Below, piece by piece: positions 39,996 to 52,070 of a stretch of 64,000 nt of DNA. The stretch lies in NCBI GenBank assembly GCA_973895155.1, contig OZ316891.1, positions 27,841,045 to 27,905,044 on the forward strand. The letters are read 5' to 3'. The DNA is from Marsupella aquatica. Its lineage: Eukaryota > Plantae > Marchantiophyta. The position numbers were made by a program, and so were the translations under genes. The stretch's first letter is position 1. Each line of letters opens with the position of its first letter. The notes beneath the pieces are model-generated. The model saw only the letters and a program-made list of their open reading frames with translations, searched no databases and was not told the DNA's origin.

Positions 39996-40622
39996 CTAAT
40001 TCTGTCCATGCCGTCGTTCAAGGGCTGCAAATTCTGTCCCATGCGTCCAACCTAAATATCCGGAGAAGTACATCCAACGGGTCCTTTCCAACACGCTATT
40101 GAGGTGTTCAACTTGCAGATTGGCCTGTCTGGCAACACGAGCCGCAATGGCATCCATTTCATCCATAGTGAGGAAGGCGGTGGCCTCCACTTCATCCAAA
40201 AATTGGACTTCCACTTCGTCCAAAACATACTCCGCTTCTCGCAAAAAACTCCCCGCTTCTTCCAATTCATTAATCACGTACTCCACTTCAATTCGGCCCA
40301 TATGGTTGGCCACCACTTGGGGAGTACCAGCTTTGTAGCCATTTCTGTAAGGCTGTTGGCAGATCTCACACAAAGTATTTCTTTTTGCGTCGCACCAATC
40401 CTGGAGACATTTTTGATGGACGTACTTGATCAAACCGAAGCAAGAGCATGGACTGTCGAGGTTTCTGAGCTCGTCCTTGTCGTGACAAATTCGGCAAGTG
40501 GGAAAGACGCCTGTCTCCGCAGTGCACGCTTCACTAGAACTATCGACCCTAGTTCCATTGCGCCCCAATGAATTGTCTGACAGCAGCTGGGAAGCCGATG
40601 GAATGTCGTTCGAACTGTCCAT
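39996..40622 (-). CDS. Intronless RINGv (RING-CH, C4HC3) domain protein, ~208 aa, acidic C-terminal half
   Basis: CRICH..SPCSC..YVHQKCLQDWC..CEICQQPY; first ATG at 40622. Confidence 0.75.
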   Translation of the reverse strand: MDSSNDIPSASQLLSDNSLGRNGTRVDSSSEACTAETGVFPTCRICHDKDELRNLDSPCSCFGLIKYVHQKCLQDWCDAKRNTLCEICQQPYRNGYKAGTPQVVANHMGRIEVEYVINELEEAGSFLREAEYVLDEVEVQFLDEVEATAFLTMDEMDAIAARVARQANLQVEHLNSVLERTRWMYFSGYLGWTHGTEFAALERRHGQN

Positions 40623-41711
40623 GTTTCCCACGTACTTCGTCGAAGAGAGTAGCTAGCTTGTCCTACGGGAGAGAAGGTAGTTGTGAGATTGTGTCCGTTC
40701 TGAGCAAAGTCGTTCGTAGGCTTGGCACTCAAATCTTCAGAAGAGCTAATTTGAAGGAGCAAGAGAAGCAGCAACGCCAAAATGTGTTTGCACAGGTATT
40801 CCAGGAGTAGGGCCTCCACATACTCTTAAATGCTGCTCAATCGCCCTACTTGTCAATAGTCAATACTACCTAGATCCTGCACTCCACTTGTAAATGCCGC
40901 TCAATCACCCTAGTTGTCACCCTAGTTTTCAACAGTCAGTGTGCTATCTACGCACTTCAGCCTCCTGCTGTAGCTAGCTAGTCATATATTGTTCGTTCCT
41001 ATTTGCTTGATAGACCCCAAAATGAAACTTGTTAGTTGATAGACCCCCTGAGGTCTATCAAGGGTCCAGATCTGAGATCAAAAGATCCCTCAATGGTCCA
41101 GATTAGGGAAAAGTATGGAGGGGGGGGTTGATTAAGCAAATTTTGTCAAGAAGGTGGTCTACTAAGCATATATCTCTCTATTCCAATCATCCTAAAGGAG
41201 CCATCCATTGGGTACACCAATGAAACGGCAAGGATGAACCTGAAAACAGATGTAAGCTTTGCTTGATTGAACGGTATGTGCCAAAACTAGTCACTAGATT
41301 AGAATAAATCAACTAACACCTGCCTGGCCCTGGAAAAGATACAGAAATGAAACTGGTGAAATCACACTGAGCTAAATGAACTACCATTGGTCAAACTCTT
41401 AATATGGTAATTTATGATTGTCAATTTATTGACTAATCATAATATGCAACTGGATATGCAACCCACCAAATGTTAATTTGTTTACAAATTGAGTTGTGGG
41501 TGGGACTCAATCCTGGCCGTCACATTATGGGCCAGTAGTGCAGGGGTCTACATTTTTATACGGACTGTAAAGCTGGCTATAGTTCTTTTCTTTTCTTTTC
41601 ACATAAAATTAAAAAATATTCTTAAAACATAATTTGTTATTTTTATTAAAAGGTTTTTAGAATTTTAATAAAAATCCTAAAATGCTGGCTGCAGTAGTTT
41701 GATGATAGACT

Positions 41712-42054
41712 TGTTAGGTATTTACTCAAGGTCTAGGGTTATGGCATGTAACCGTAGTTAGACTAACCGTAGTTGAAGATGTGGTTAGGTTAACTAGGAT
41801 GCACACTATATGCCAAACGGTGTTTGCTTGGATAAGTAGAACTTAGGCTCATTGTTATGGAGCCACTTGAGAGATGAGGAGAGCTTACACTGTAAAGACT
41901 TGGTATGGCCGACGGGCTTAGAGTTCAGTAAAGCTCTCTTGTGTGTTCCCGTGGACGTAGACTCGAGGAGGTGAACCACGTATCTTTTGTGTCGACTACT
42001 TGCGCGTTGAATGTGTCATGTGCTTACCGTTACGAGTATCGTCTATGCTCAACA
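41712..42054 (+). repeat. 5' LTR of copia copy B (343 bp) followed by PBS TGGTATCAGAGC
   Basis: TG..CA termini; closely similar to solo LTR 20228-20574. Confidence 0.95.
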
Positions 42055-42907
42055 ATTGGTATCAGAGCATGCCTGGGAGGTGACATTGTTCGTGACATGA
42101 TTTCATGATGGTTTTTTCTAGCGTTGAGTGTCGGTGGATTTCCTGGAGTTCCATCGCATGGAACTTGGAGTTTATAGGCTCAGCGGATAGATCGGGGCAA
42201 GGGCTTTCTAACGGTGCAAAGAAATCGTTGAACGAATATCGTGATGCGGAGAGATCTAAGTTTTCGTCGTTTTGGAATTTGTGAAGAAAGTTGGCAACAT
42301 TCGTGTTCGACGGTTTTTCGGAGGAGGGACCAGAGTTTGTTTTCCCAACGGTGTGAGCTCTACGGCAAAGGAGGTGTCGCATGCTATAGCTTTGCTTGTA
42401 GATCGGGACGAGCTGATCGTTTTGGTAGATGGTTTGTTGCCGAGTGTGTGACGAGTGCGTCGCAATGAGCAAAAGAAGCATTCTGATTTTTTTGACCGGC
42501 TATGGAGTCCTCTTTTGCCTGAGCGGGGTTTCTCATCATTGCGCTCGACTCGGAGGGAGAGACGTGAAGTGCTTGGGCTGAACGGATAGATCACGAAGAG
42601 GTGATCGTTTTGAGTCCAAGATTGACCATTTTGCCCATGGGAGGAAGAAGTTCTGAGTTTTTGCCACTGATTGACTAGCAAACGGTGCGGGTGCGCAAAT
42701 CTTTCCAACCCACCGATATCGGTTTCTGATTTTTCACCATAATCTGAATGTTACAAGTGATTCGGAGGAGATTTTTGAAGAAGTGGATCTTGAAGCACGA
42801 GGATCACCACGACGGTTCAGGAGGAGAGAGAGGAGCAGGAGGAAGCGCACGTGACACTGGTACAATCACCGGTGCAGCGAGTAGAAGGGATTGTGAAGGA
42901 AAAATAG

Positions 42908-44932
42908 ATGGCATCCAGGTTCGGAGGTGTCAAGTTTGAGGTGGAAAAGTATGATGGGCGTACAGACTACTTGCTCTGGGAGAAGCAAGTGAAAGGAGTT
43001 CTTCGCGCTATGGGCCTAGATCATCTTCTCTCTACACAAGAGATGTACGATGATGAAGAGGAGATTCCACTAAAGAGGTGGAGGCAGGAACAAGTAATTG
43101 CAATGAATGCGGTGATGCTTTATCTAAAGCCGCATATCATCAAGAAGTTGGATGACTACGCGGATTGTGCATCTCTATTCAAAGCCCTAAGGGAGAAGTA
43201 CTATCGAGAGGATGTATCAGATCGATTGTACAAGAAGTCTCTCTTGATGAGCCTTAGGCTCAAAGAAGGGAACAAGCTCCAGGATCACTTGGATGAATTT
43301 GACAGCCTAGCTGTTGATTTGTCTAATCTTGGTAAGGGCGTTGAAGAAGAGGACAAGGCCTTGCTTTTTCTCAGCTCCTTACCCCCATCTTATCAGGGTT
43401 TGAAGCAGGTTCTCTTGTATAGAGACTTGAAGTCTATTTCATACAATGAGGTGGTAAGCTCTTTGCTGTCAGATGATGCACAGAAGAAGTTGGGTCAAGC
43501 CCAGACAGCATCGTCATCTGGTGCTGCCTTGAATGTGAATCGTGGGAGGTCACAACGGCGTCCCGAGCAGCGCACGAATGGCAAGGGATGAAGTAAATCT
43601 AGGAAAAGATTTGCTTCAAAGGGGAAGTTCCAGGAGAGAAAGCCAGTAGTCTGTTGGAAGTGTCACAAGGTTGGTCACATTAAGAGGGTTGGTAATGATA
43701 AGGCAGCTGAATCTTCATCAGCCAATGTGGCTAGTGCTGATGGAGAAGTTGATTTACTCAATGATGAGTATGTTTTATGAAGTCAGGAGTATGCCCTGTG
43801 CACATGATCTAGGAGAGCAAATGATGTGTGGATTCTTGATTGTGCTTGCTCCTTTCACATTTGTTACATTCGCGAATACTTCAATTCTTATTTTGTGTCA
43901 AACAGTTCAGTTTTGGTGGGAAATGATCACTCCTGTCGAGTTGAGGGTATTGAATCTGTAAAGATTCAAATGTTTGATGACATTGTGTGCACAGTGTCCG
44001 GAGTCAAGTTTATACCTGGCATGCGTAAGAATTTGATTTCACTCGGTGTGTTGGATACAAATGGTCATCAATGGCGAGTAATTGATGGTGAACTTCAAGT
44101 CATGTCGGGAGAGACAGTGATTTTGAAGGGGAGCAGACAAAAGAATTTGTATGTGTTGTAGGGCAATATAATATGTGGAGAGGCCAATGTAACCAAGTCT
44201 CACGAGGAAATGACTCAAATGTGACATTCACGGCTAGGCCACATGAGTGAGAAGGGTTTGGCTATCTTACGGAAGAATGGACTCATTTATAATTTGCAAT
44301 CTTGGAAATTAGAGTTCTGTGAGCACTACATTCTTGGAAAGCAGTATCGTCGTGCTTTCGGTGTTGGGACTCATCGTTCCAAAGCGGTTTTTGAGTACAT
44401 ACATAGTGATGTGTGGGGTCCATCCCCGACTCCCTCACACTCTAGAAAGTTGTACTATGTATTATTTATTGACGATTACTCAAGATTTGTGTAGATTTAT
44501 TTCATGACGCATAAGTCTAATGTCTTGTCCATTTTTACAAAGTGAAAGGCCGAAGTGAAGAATCAAACAAGAAACACTGTTAAGTGTTTGGATACAAGGG
44601 TGAAGAGTCTAAGGTCAGACAACGGCGGGGAGTACACTTCAATAGAAATTGAAGAGTACTATGCAGAACAGGAGGATAACTCGCCATCTCACCACAATTT
44701 ATACTCCGCAGCAGAATGGTGTCGCTGAGAGGCTCAATTGAACACTATTGGAGCGGTCATGGAGTATGCTGAGCCAATCAGGTTTACCAAAGGAATTTTG
44801 GGCAGAAGCTGTCAATACTACAGCTGATTTGGTAAATCTTTCTCCTTCTAGTGCAATCAATTTCAAAACGCCGTTTGAAATGCGTTATAAGCGGCAAACA
44901 GACTATCATGGCTTGGTAGTTTTTGGAAGTGA
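42908..44932 (+). pseudogene. Copia B gag-PR-IN with multiple nonsense mutations
   Basis: KYDGRTDYLLW, CWKCHKVGH, WILDCACSFH, YIHSDVWGP; stops at ~43589, 44159, 44222, 44492, 44543. Confidence 0.92.
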
Positions 44933-44949
44933 CACTAGAAGAAAACAGG

Positions 44950-45330
44950 GCCCTTTATGACCAATCACCCAATGACAGAGATGAATAAATGACCAAAAGT
45001 TTTAATGACACAAAAAGAATGACGGGGGAATGACTGTCCACAATGACCAATAGACTGAAATGACAAAATGTTAATTTTTTCGTCATTTTGTATAATGTCT
45101 ATAATGACTGATGCGACCAAAATGACCCAATTTCCCTAAATGGTCAATTTAGACACATGTCTTAAATGACACAATTAATAACAACAATGATAAATCAGTG
45201 TTTAGCAACATTATAGTCACTCTGGACAATGACTGAAATGACCAAAAATCTATTTGCATCATTTTGGACAACGGTGATAAATGACAAAAAATGTATTATC
45301 GTCATTTTAACCAACGGTGTTAAATGACAA
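44950..45330. promoter_or_regulatory. Left subterminal region dense in AATGAC/GTCATT motifs (right equivalent ~63230-63930)
   Basis: Many direct and inverted copies at both ends, as expected for TnpA-type binding sites. Confidence 0.75.
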
Positions 45331-45334
45331 AATT

Positions 45335-45830
45335 TAGGGTCAATCTGAAAATGAGAATATATCAGTGTTTACAACAACATATTGTCATTATGGACTTCTG
45401 CCATAAATGACTAACTCTAGGGTCAATCTTGAAATTAGGACATATTAGTGTTTACAAGAACATACCGTCATTATGGACTTCTCTCATAAATGACAAAATT
45501 TAGGGTCAATCTGAAAATGAGAATATATCAGTGTTTACACAACATATTGTCATTATGGACTTCTGCCATAAATGACTAACTCTAGGGTCAATCTTGAAAT
45601 TAGGACATATCAGTGTTTACAAGAACATACCGTCATTATGGACTTTTCTCATAAATGACTAACTCCACAGTCAATCTTGAAATTAGGATATATCGGTGTT
45701 TTCAACAACATACTGTCATTATGGACTTGTCGCATAAATGACTAAATATAGGGCAATCTAAAAATCAGGATATATCAATGTTTACAATAACATACAGTCA
45801 TTATGGACTTATTACATAAATGACTACTTA
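45335..45830. repeat. ~83-bp tandem array (~6 units, alternating A/B variants) in the CACTA left arm
   Basis: TAGGGTCAATC at 45335, 45418, 45501, 45583; each unit has GTCATTATGG..CATAAATGAC. Confidence 0.9.
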
Positions 45831-45909
45831 TAGAGTCATTAAAGAACCCAAGAGATATGAAGATTAAAATACTCAATAGTCATTCCAGACACCTATCATA
45901 ATTGTAGAG

Positions 45910-48900
45910 TCATACACCTTTGGAGTGATTTTCCAGAAGTGTCATCATATATGGATGCGCGCATACTATCGTATCCATGGGGCAAATGAAACCTTTTTGT
46001 CTCTCCAAGAAGTAGGGCAATACCAATGGAAGGTTGTCATGCTTTGTTGTAATTGTGTCATGTTTGTGCCGGTGTTTGGACGGGGAATATTTTAATTTGC
46101 AAATAAATGCATGCATACCATCACATCCAAAGGCAAATAAAAGTTGTTTTTTGGTTCTCCAAGAGGTAGTGCTGCCCCAATGGAATGGGCAGGGGAGTAA
46201 TGCTTCTCAGTATGGTGTGGGTGCATTCTCAGTATGGTGTGGGTGCAGGTTTAGGGAAGAGGAATATTCCAACCTTGCAAGGAATCTAAAGCTAGCTCTC
46301 TTTGGAGGTACTAGGGCCTTTATTGGGTCATATGTGAGCAATGGCCCGTCATAAATGCCAATGACTAAAAGTAGGGTCATTAAAATTGTCATATGGAGAG
46401 TCATATCAGTCTAATGACTGGATTTGTGGTCATTTGAGGGGTCCCTTATGTAGTCATTAAGGAAAAGCACAAATGACCATTTTGGGGCTAGGGGCTTGAG
46501 GTGGGCCCTAGAGTGCCATGGGCCCCACATAGAGGTGAGAACCCCTCCACTAGGTGCGGGACACTATACTCATCATTGTCCAACCACTAGTTGCGACATA
46601 AACACTTTGGGCACATGTTTTTGTGTTTCCTTAAGGCATGATGCACCTTTGGGGAAATCACTCCCAAGTCGTACGACTTTGGAGTGATTTGCCAAAAGTG
46701 CAACCATGGATGTATACCATCACATCCAAAGGCAAATAAAACCTGTTTTTTGGTTCTCCAAGAGGTAGTGCTGCACGAATGGAATGGGCAGGGGAGTCGT
46801 GCTTCTTAGCATGGTGTGGCTGTGGGATTAGGGTTTGGGAATATTCCAACCTTGCAAGGAATCTAAAGCTGGCTCTCTTTGGAGGTACTAGGGCCTTTAT
46901 TGGGTCATATGTGAGCAATGGCCCGTCATAAATGCCAATTACTACAAGAAAGGTCATTAAAATGGTCACATTGGATGTCATATAAGTGGAATGACCTGAA
47001 TTATTGTCATTTGAGGGGTCCCTCATGCAGTCATTAAGGAAAAGCACAAATGACCAGTTTGGGGCTAGGGGCTGGAGGTGCGCCCTAGAGTGCCATGGGG
47101 CCCCACATAGAGGTGAGAACCCCTCCACGAGGTGCGGGACACTATACTCATCATTGTCCAACCACTAGTTGCGACATAAACACTTTGGACACATGTTTTT
47201 GTGTTTCCTTAAGGCATGATGCACCTTTGGGGAAATCACTCCCAAGTCGTACGACTTTGGAGTGATTTTCCAAAAGTGTTGCCATGCATGCACACCATCA
47301 CATACAAAGGCAAATAAAAGTTGTTTTTGGGTTCTCCAAGAGGTAGTGCTGCCCAAATGGAATGGGCAGGGGAGTCATGCTTTTAGGGTATGGTGTGGGT
47401 GCAGATTTAGGGAAGAGGAATATTCCAACCTTGCAAGGAATCTAAAGCTGGCTCTCTTTGGAGGTACTAGGGCCTTTATTGGGTCATATGTGAGCAATGG
47501 CCCGTCATAAATGCCAATGACTAAAAGTAGGGTCATTAAAATTGTCATATGGAGAGTCATATCAGTCTAATGACTGGATTTGTGGTCATTTGAGGGGTCC
47601 CTTATGTAGTCATTAAGGAAAAGCACAAATGACCATTTTGGGGCTAGGGGCTTGAGGTGGGCCCTAGAGTGCCATGGGCCCCACATAGAGGTGAGAACCC
47701 CTCCATTGCGTGCGGGACACTATACTCATCATTGTCCAACCACTAGTTGCGACATAAACACCTTGGACACAAGTTTTTGTGTTTCCTTAAGGCATGATGC
47801 ACCTTTGGGGAAATCACTCCCAAGTCGTACGACTTTGGAGTGATTTGCCAAAAGTGTTGCCATGCATGCACACCATCACATACAAAGGCAAATAAAAGTT
47901 GTTTTTGGGTTCTCCAAGAGGTGGTGCTGCACCAATGGAATGGGCAGGGGAGTCGTGCTTCCCTGTATGGTGTGGGTGCGGGTTTAGGGAAGAGGAATAT
48001 TCCAACCTTGCAAGGAATCTAAAGCGGGCTCTCTTTGGAGGTACCAGGGCCTTTATTGGGTCATATGTGAGCAATGGACCGTCATAAATATCAATGACTA
48101 AAAGCAGGGTCATTAAAACTGTCATATGGAAAGTCATATCAGTCTAATGACTGGATTTGTGGTCATTTGAGGGGTCCCTTATGCAGTCATTAAGGAAAAG
48201 CACAAATGACCAGTTTGGGGCTAGGGGCTGGAGGTGGGCCCTAGAGTGCCATGTGACCCCACATAGAGGTGAGAACCCCTCCATTGCGTGCGGGACACTA
48301 TACTCATCATTGTCCAACCACTAGTTGCGACATAAACACCTTGGACACATGTTTTTGCGTTTACTTAAGGCATGATGCACCTTTGGGGAAATCACTCCCA
48401 AGTCGTATGACTTTGGAGTGATTTGCCAAAAGTGTCACCATGGATGCATACCACTATTCCAAACGCAAATGAAGCCCTTTTTTGTCTCTCCAAGAGGTAG
48501 CGCAACACCAATGGAATGGGTGTGGTAGTGGTGCTTCCCTCTATGATGTGTCTGATGTTTAAAGGTATACGATTATTCCATTTTTGCAAGGAATGTAGAG
48601 CGGGCTCTCTCTGGCGGTGCTAGGACCTTCTTTGGGTCATTTTTTAACAGAGTCATGTCATAAGTGTCAATGACCACAAGTAGGGTCATTGAATTGGTCA
48701 TATGGGATGTCATATAATTCAAATGACTGGACTTGTTGTCATTTGAGGGGTCTCTAGTGCAGTCATTGAAGACAAGCATGAATGACCAATTTGGAGCTAA
48801 GGGCTGGAGGTGGGCCCTAGAGTGCCATGTGGCACCACATAGAGCTCGCAACCCCTCCACTAGGTGTCAAATACTATAATTACTATTCTCCAACCACTAG

Positions 48901-50500
48901 TTGCACCATTAGCAGTTTGGAGCCATGTTTTTGTGTTTACTTAAGGGATGATATAATCTTGGGGAAATCACTCCCAAGTCGTACGACTTTGGAGTGATTT
49001 GCCAAAAGTGTCACCATTGATGCATACCATCCTATCTAAAGGAAATGAAGCCATTTTTTTGGTCTCTGCAAGAAGTAGTGCAAGGCTGTTGTCGTTCCAT
49101 GTAATTGTGTCATGTTTGTGCCGGTGTTTGGATGGGGAATATTCTATTTTGCAAATGAATAGTGATGGGGCACTCAAGAAGGTAGTGTAATCTTCATTGA
49201 GTCATTTCTGAAAAAATTGGTGTCATAAATACCAATGACTACAAGTAGGGTCATTAAATCTGTCATATGGGCTGTCACATAAGTCAAATGACTGGATTTG
49301 TGGTCATTTGAGGGGTCCCTTGTGCAATCATTAAGCAGAAGCACAAATGACCAGTTTGGGGCTAGGGGCTGGAGGTGGGCCCTAGAGTGCCATGGGGCCC
49401 CACATAGAGGTGAGAACCCCCTCCACTAGGTGCGGGACACTATACTCATCATCGTCCAACCACTAGTTGTGCCATGAACACTTTGGACACATGTTTTTGC
49501 ATTTACTTAAGGCATGATGCACCTTGGGGAAATCACTCCCAAGTCATACAACTTTGGAGTGATTTGCCAAAAGTGTCACCATGGATGCATACCACCGTAT
49601 CCAAGCGCAAATGGAGCCATTTTTTGTCTCTCCAAGAAGTAGCGCAACACCAATGGAAGGTTGTCATCTTGTGATGTAATTGTGTCATGTTTGTGCCGGT
49701 GTTTGGATGGGGAATACTCCATTTTGCATATGAATAGACTTAAGGCATTGTGAGTAGGTGTTGTAATCTTCATTGGGTCATTTTGGAGGAATAGTGTGTC
49801 ATTAATGCCAAAGACTGCAGTGAGGGTCATTTTGGCAGTCCTTTTGGAAGTCATTTGTGCCAAATGACTCCATATGGGGTCATTATAGAGGTCCCTCATG
49901 GTGTCATTACGTACCATCAGAAATGACCCTTTTGGGTCTAGGAGCTTAAGGTGGCCCTAGTGTGCCATGGGGCTCTACATGAAGGTGGCAACCTCTCCAC
50001 AAGGTGCGGGGTACTATACCCACCGTACTATTCTCCAACCACTAGTTGCACCATGAGCACTTTGGAGCCATGTTTTTGCAATTACTTAAGGGATGATGCA
50101 ACCTTGGGGAAATCACTCCCAAGTCATACAACTTTGGAGTGATTTGCCAAAAGTGTCACCATGCATGCATACCATCCTAAGGCATGCATACAAAAATTGT
50201 TTTTGTCTCTCCAAGAGGTATATAGTGCAATACTAGTGGAAGACTATGTCCTTCTATATAACTATGTCATGTTTGTGCCAATATTTGGATTTTGGATATA
50301 TTCTATTAAATTCCAAAGGAATTGTAAAGGGGCACTCCGAGAGGTAGTATACTCTTCATTGGGTCATTTTCACATAATGTGTGTCATTAATGTCAATGAC
50401 TACAATAAGGGTCATTTTGGTAGTCAGTTAGAGGTCATTTGGAGCAATTGACTGCATATGTGGTCATTAGAGAGGTCCCTCATGGTGTGTCATTAATGGA
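45910..50500. repeat. ~578-bp tandem array (~8 units) in the CACTA left arm
   Basis: Marker palindrome AAATCACTCCCAAGTC.TA..ACTTTGGAGTGATTT at 46655, 47233, 47811, 48389, 48965, 49530, 50110. Confidence 0.93.
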
Positions 50501-51074
50501 AACACCTCAAATTAGGGTAATCTTGGTTGTCATACTAGAGGTCAGAAGTACCAAATGACTGGAAATGTGGTCTTTACAAAGGCTATTGGGGGGTTCTCTT
50601 TGGAGGTACAAGGGAGTTCATTGGGTCATTTGTGAATTAAATGGTGCTTCAATCTGAGGACTAAACGTGGGGTCACTCACGCTGTCATATTGGAAGCCAT
50701 TAATGTTGGCATATTGGAGGTCATATAGTCATGGGAAGGCTCACTTATTAATGCTTTGGTGTAATGCTCTCAAAAACTCTTACACAACATAGCCTCATAT
50801 GTAGTGGTCATGTAGCATGTAAGGGACCCTATAATTGTGCTTGAGTCATGAATGAGGGTTTCTCTCAATTGAGTCAGGAGTGGAGAGCTATTAAATGCTA
50901 ATATTTGGATGAGTATCACTATCATATGGTGAGACAATAAGGTAGTCCAAAATGGTGTTCATGCATGCGGGTTATGGGTTTATATCGCGGGCATATATCG
51001 GACCTTTTATATCGCTAGCATCATTTTTTATATATAACATTGGTCCTTAACATTCTTGTTGGCACCTACACAAA

Positions 51075-51275
51075 CAGCCATGACCTTATGGGGGGGGTCG
51101 TGACATTATGAGTTATTAACCTTGCCTTCCCTACTTAGGGCCTTATGGGGGCGTCCGGACCTTGTTATTAACCTCTATAGTTGGTATTTCCCTAGGGCCT
51201 TATGGGGGGGGGGGTTTACATTGTTATTAACCTAGTCTCAACTTCCCTAGGGCCTTATGGGGGGTCCAGACATGT
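51075..51275. repeat. ~58-bp tandem repeat (CCTTATG(G)n..TTATTAACCT), ~4 copies
   Basis: Directly visible. Confidence 0.75.
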
Positions 51276-51837
51276 GAGAGATATTGTCAGAATATAACCC
51301 TAATTAATGACCCACAATATCCACCATCCCCATCCAACAGAATACCTTACCTTTACGGGCTTTAGGGGTCTAGCATTAGGTTTTTCCCGCTAAGTGTTCT
51401 TGCGTACCAACAGGAGCCCTTTTTCCTGAAAAAACATCGAGAGGGCAACGCTCGATGTGCTCATTTCTTGGCATGCCTTTGTGTGCACATTGCAAGGGCT
51501 TAGGGTTGCGCAGCGTTGTGCTCCATTCCACCAAGCTTCGACACCCTTCGAAGCGTTGGGCGAGGCATTGTTCGGGCAAGCATTGGGTGAGGCATTGTTT
51601 GAGTGAAGCGTTGGACGTGGCATTGTTTTAGTGACCATTTGCAAGGTTTAGAGGAGGAGCTCCGACCCGAAGCCATTCAGGCTACAATTGTTTTTGAGCT
51701 TGTTGCGCGCGGTCGGCGGAGCACCTCGGTAGGACTTGGGAGCTTCTTTGGAGGACCCTGCGCTTTGGAGGACATTCGGGCTTTGGAGTGCCCGATTGCA
51801 GGGTCAAGGCAATAGCTTCTTTACATTTGTCATTGTT

Positions 51838-52070
51838 GCGGGTGAGGAGCGGAGGATGAGCTGCAATCGGCGATAAGCTGCGGGTGAGGAGCGGAGGATG
51901 AGCTGCAATCGGCGATAAGCTGCGGGCGAGGAGCGGAGGACGACCTACAATCGGCGATAAGCTGCGGGTGAGGAGCGGAGGACGAGCTGCAAATCAGCGA
52001 CGAGTTGCAATCAGCAGCAAGCTACAATCGGCAAGAAGCTGTGGGTGAGGAGTTGCAATCGGCGAGAACC
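51838..52070 (+). repeat. GC-rich 42-bp tandem repeat, probably in the first non-coding exon of the CACTA transcript
   Basis: GCGGGTGAGGAGCGGAGGAYGAGCTGCAATCGGCGATAAGCT at 51838, 51880 and later copies; candidate donor AAG|GTCAGT near 52143. Confidence 0.8.

Noticed and set aside
46034-50451. Recurrent short ORFs (GIYDGPLLTYDPIKAL...)
   Set aside because: By-products of the 578-bp array, with inconsistent starts, stops and frames between units.
45910-50500. Regularly spaced 36-bp palindromes suggestive of a CRISPR array
   Set aside because: The intervening ~540 bp are homologous to each other rather than unique spacers, there are no cas genes, and the context is a eukaryotic TE.
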